From Podarcis muralis (lineage: Eukaryota), in NCBI RefSeq assembly GCF_964188315.1, contig NC_135662.1, positions 45,384,001 through 45,448,000 of the forward strand: a stretch of DNA of 64,000 bases, in the 5' to 3' direction. A model generated the notes under the pieces. The model did not search any database. It was not told where the DNA came from and saw only the letters and a program-made list of their open reading frames with translations. How positions within the stretch are numbered: the stretch's first letter is position 1; the number at the start of each line of letters is the position of its first letter. The translations under genes were made by a program, and so were the position numbers. Below are positions 63,421-64,000 of this stretch, piece after piece.

Positions 63421-63819
63421 ATCAGTGCAATCTACTAAATACTGTTACTGTTAATCTCTGTTCATCTTTGAAGGGTGCTGAACAATGGACAGAGAGGCTT
63501 GGAAGGAACGGTAAGGATCCCATGTTAATATAACTGACAGTAATGGAAGATATATCCCTATGTCTTTCATCTTCTTCATTCTCCACAAACTGGAAACAGG
63601 TATATGTTTAATCTACAATTAACTAAAATAAAGCAGTGCATTTTTACACTCAATTCACATTCTTTATGACTCTTCTCAAAGTTTACTTGATCTTTTTCAA
63701 ACTACGACATCCCAGTTCTGCCATGTAATCACTTGAAGAAAAATAAGCGAATCATCTTATTTTATACAGAAGAAGTCTGGTTGCCTTAAAGATGATTTTC
63801 ACAAGCATATTGTATGTAC

Positions 63820-63889
63820 CTTTCATCACTTTTATAATATGATTCCACAAAAGCCTTCTGTTTGGTTTTATCTTGTTTGTCTCCATGCC
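63820..63889 (-). CDS. RBBP8: RBBP8 coding exon (70 bp; HGDKQDKTKQKAFVESYYKSDER)
   Basis: Matches human [23 protein letters not shown]. Acceptor tattttcag at 63891-63890, donor AG|gtacat at 63819-63818. Phase 1 in, phase 2 out. The gene continues beyond the right edge. Confidence 0.95.
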
Positions 63890-64000
63890 CTGAAAATACA
63901 GAACACGTCATCAATTTAAGGAAACGAACTTGGTCCCAGCCAACTACAATATAGATTTCTCAGTACTTGAAAACAATGATAATTTCCCTTGAACACCTAG

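Overview
Vertebrate genomic DNA from a squamate reptile. Sauria SINEs, BovB and lizard-type L2/CR1/MITE families point to a lizard, probably a lacertid (inferred from repeat content). Two genes lie in tandem on the minus strand. RBBP8/CtIP contributes its last four coding exons (63889 to 53810). About 16 kb downstream, CABLES1 contributes a CpG-island promoter and coding exons 1-6 (37942 to 31), and continues past the left edge. All ten exons were spliced by hand, with consistent reading frame and splice phases. The rest is intron or intergenic DNA dense with transposable elements, and nearly all other ORFs in the supplied track are spurious or TE-derived. Highlights: (1) a young Ty3/Gypsy insertion in CABLES1 intron 1 whose two ends are both the U3 end of the LTR, inverted, yet flanked by a perfect 5-bp target-site duplication; (2) an FRY-to-SRY change in the CtIP motif known as the KLHL15 degron in human; (3) a GC-AG last intron in RBBP8 with a competing GT donor 4 nt away; (4) a 788-bp MITE built from an array of GC-rich hairpins; (5) uORFs in the predicted CABLES1 leader, one overlapping the start codon.
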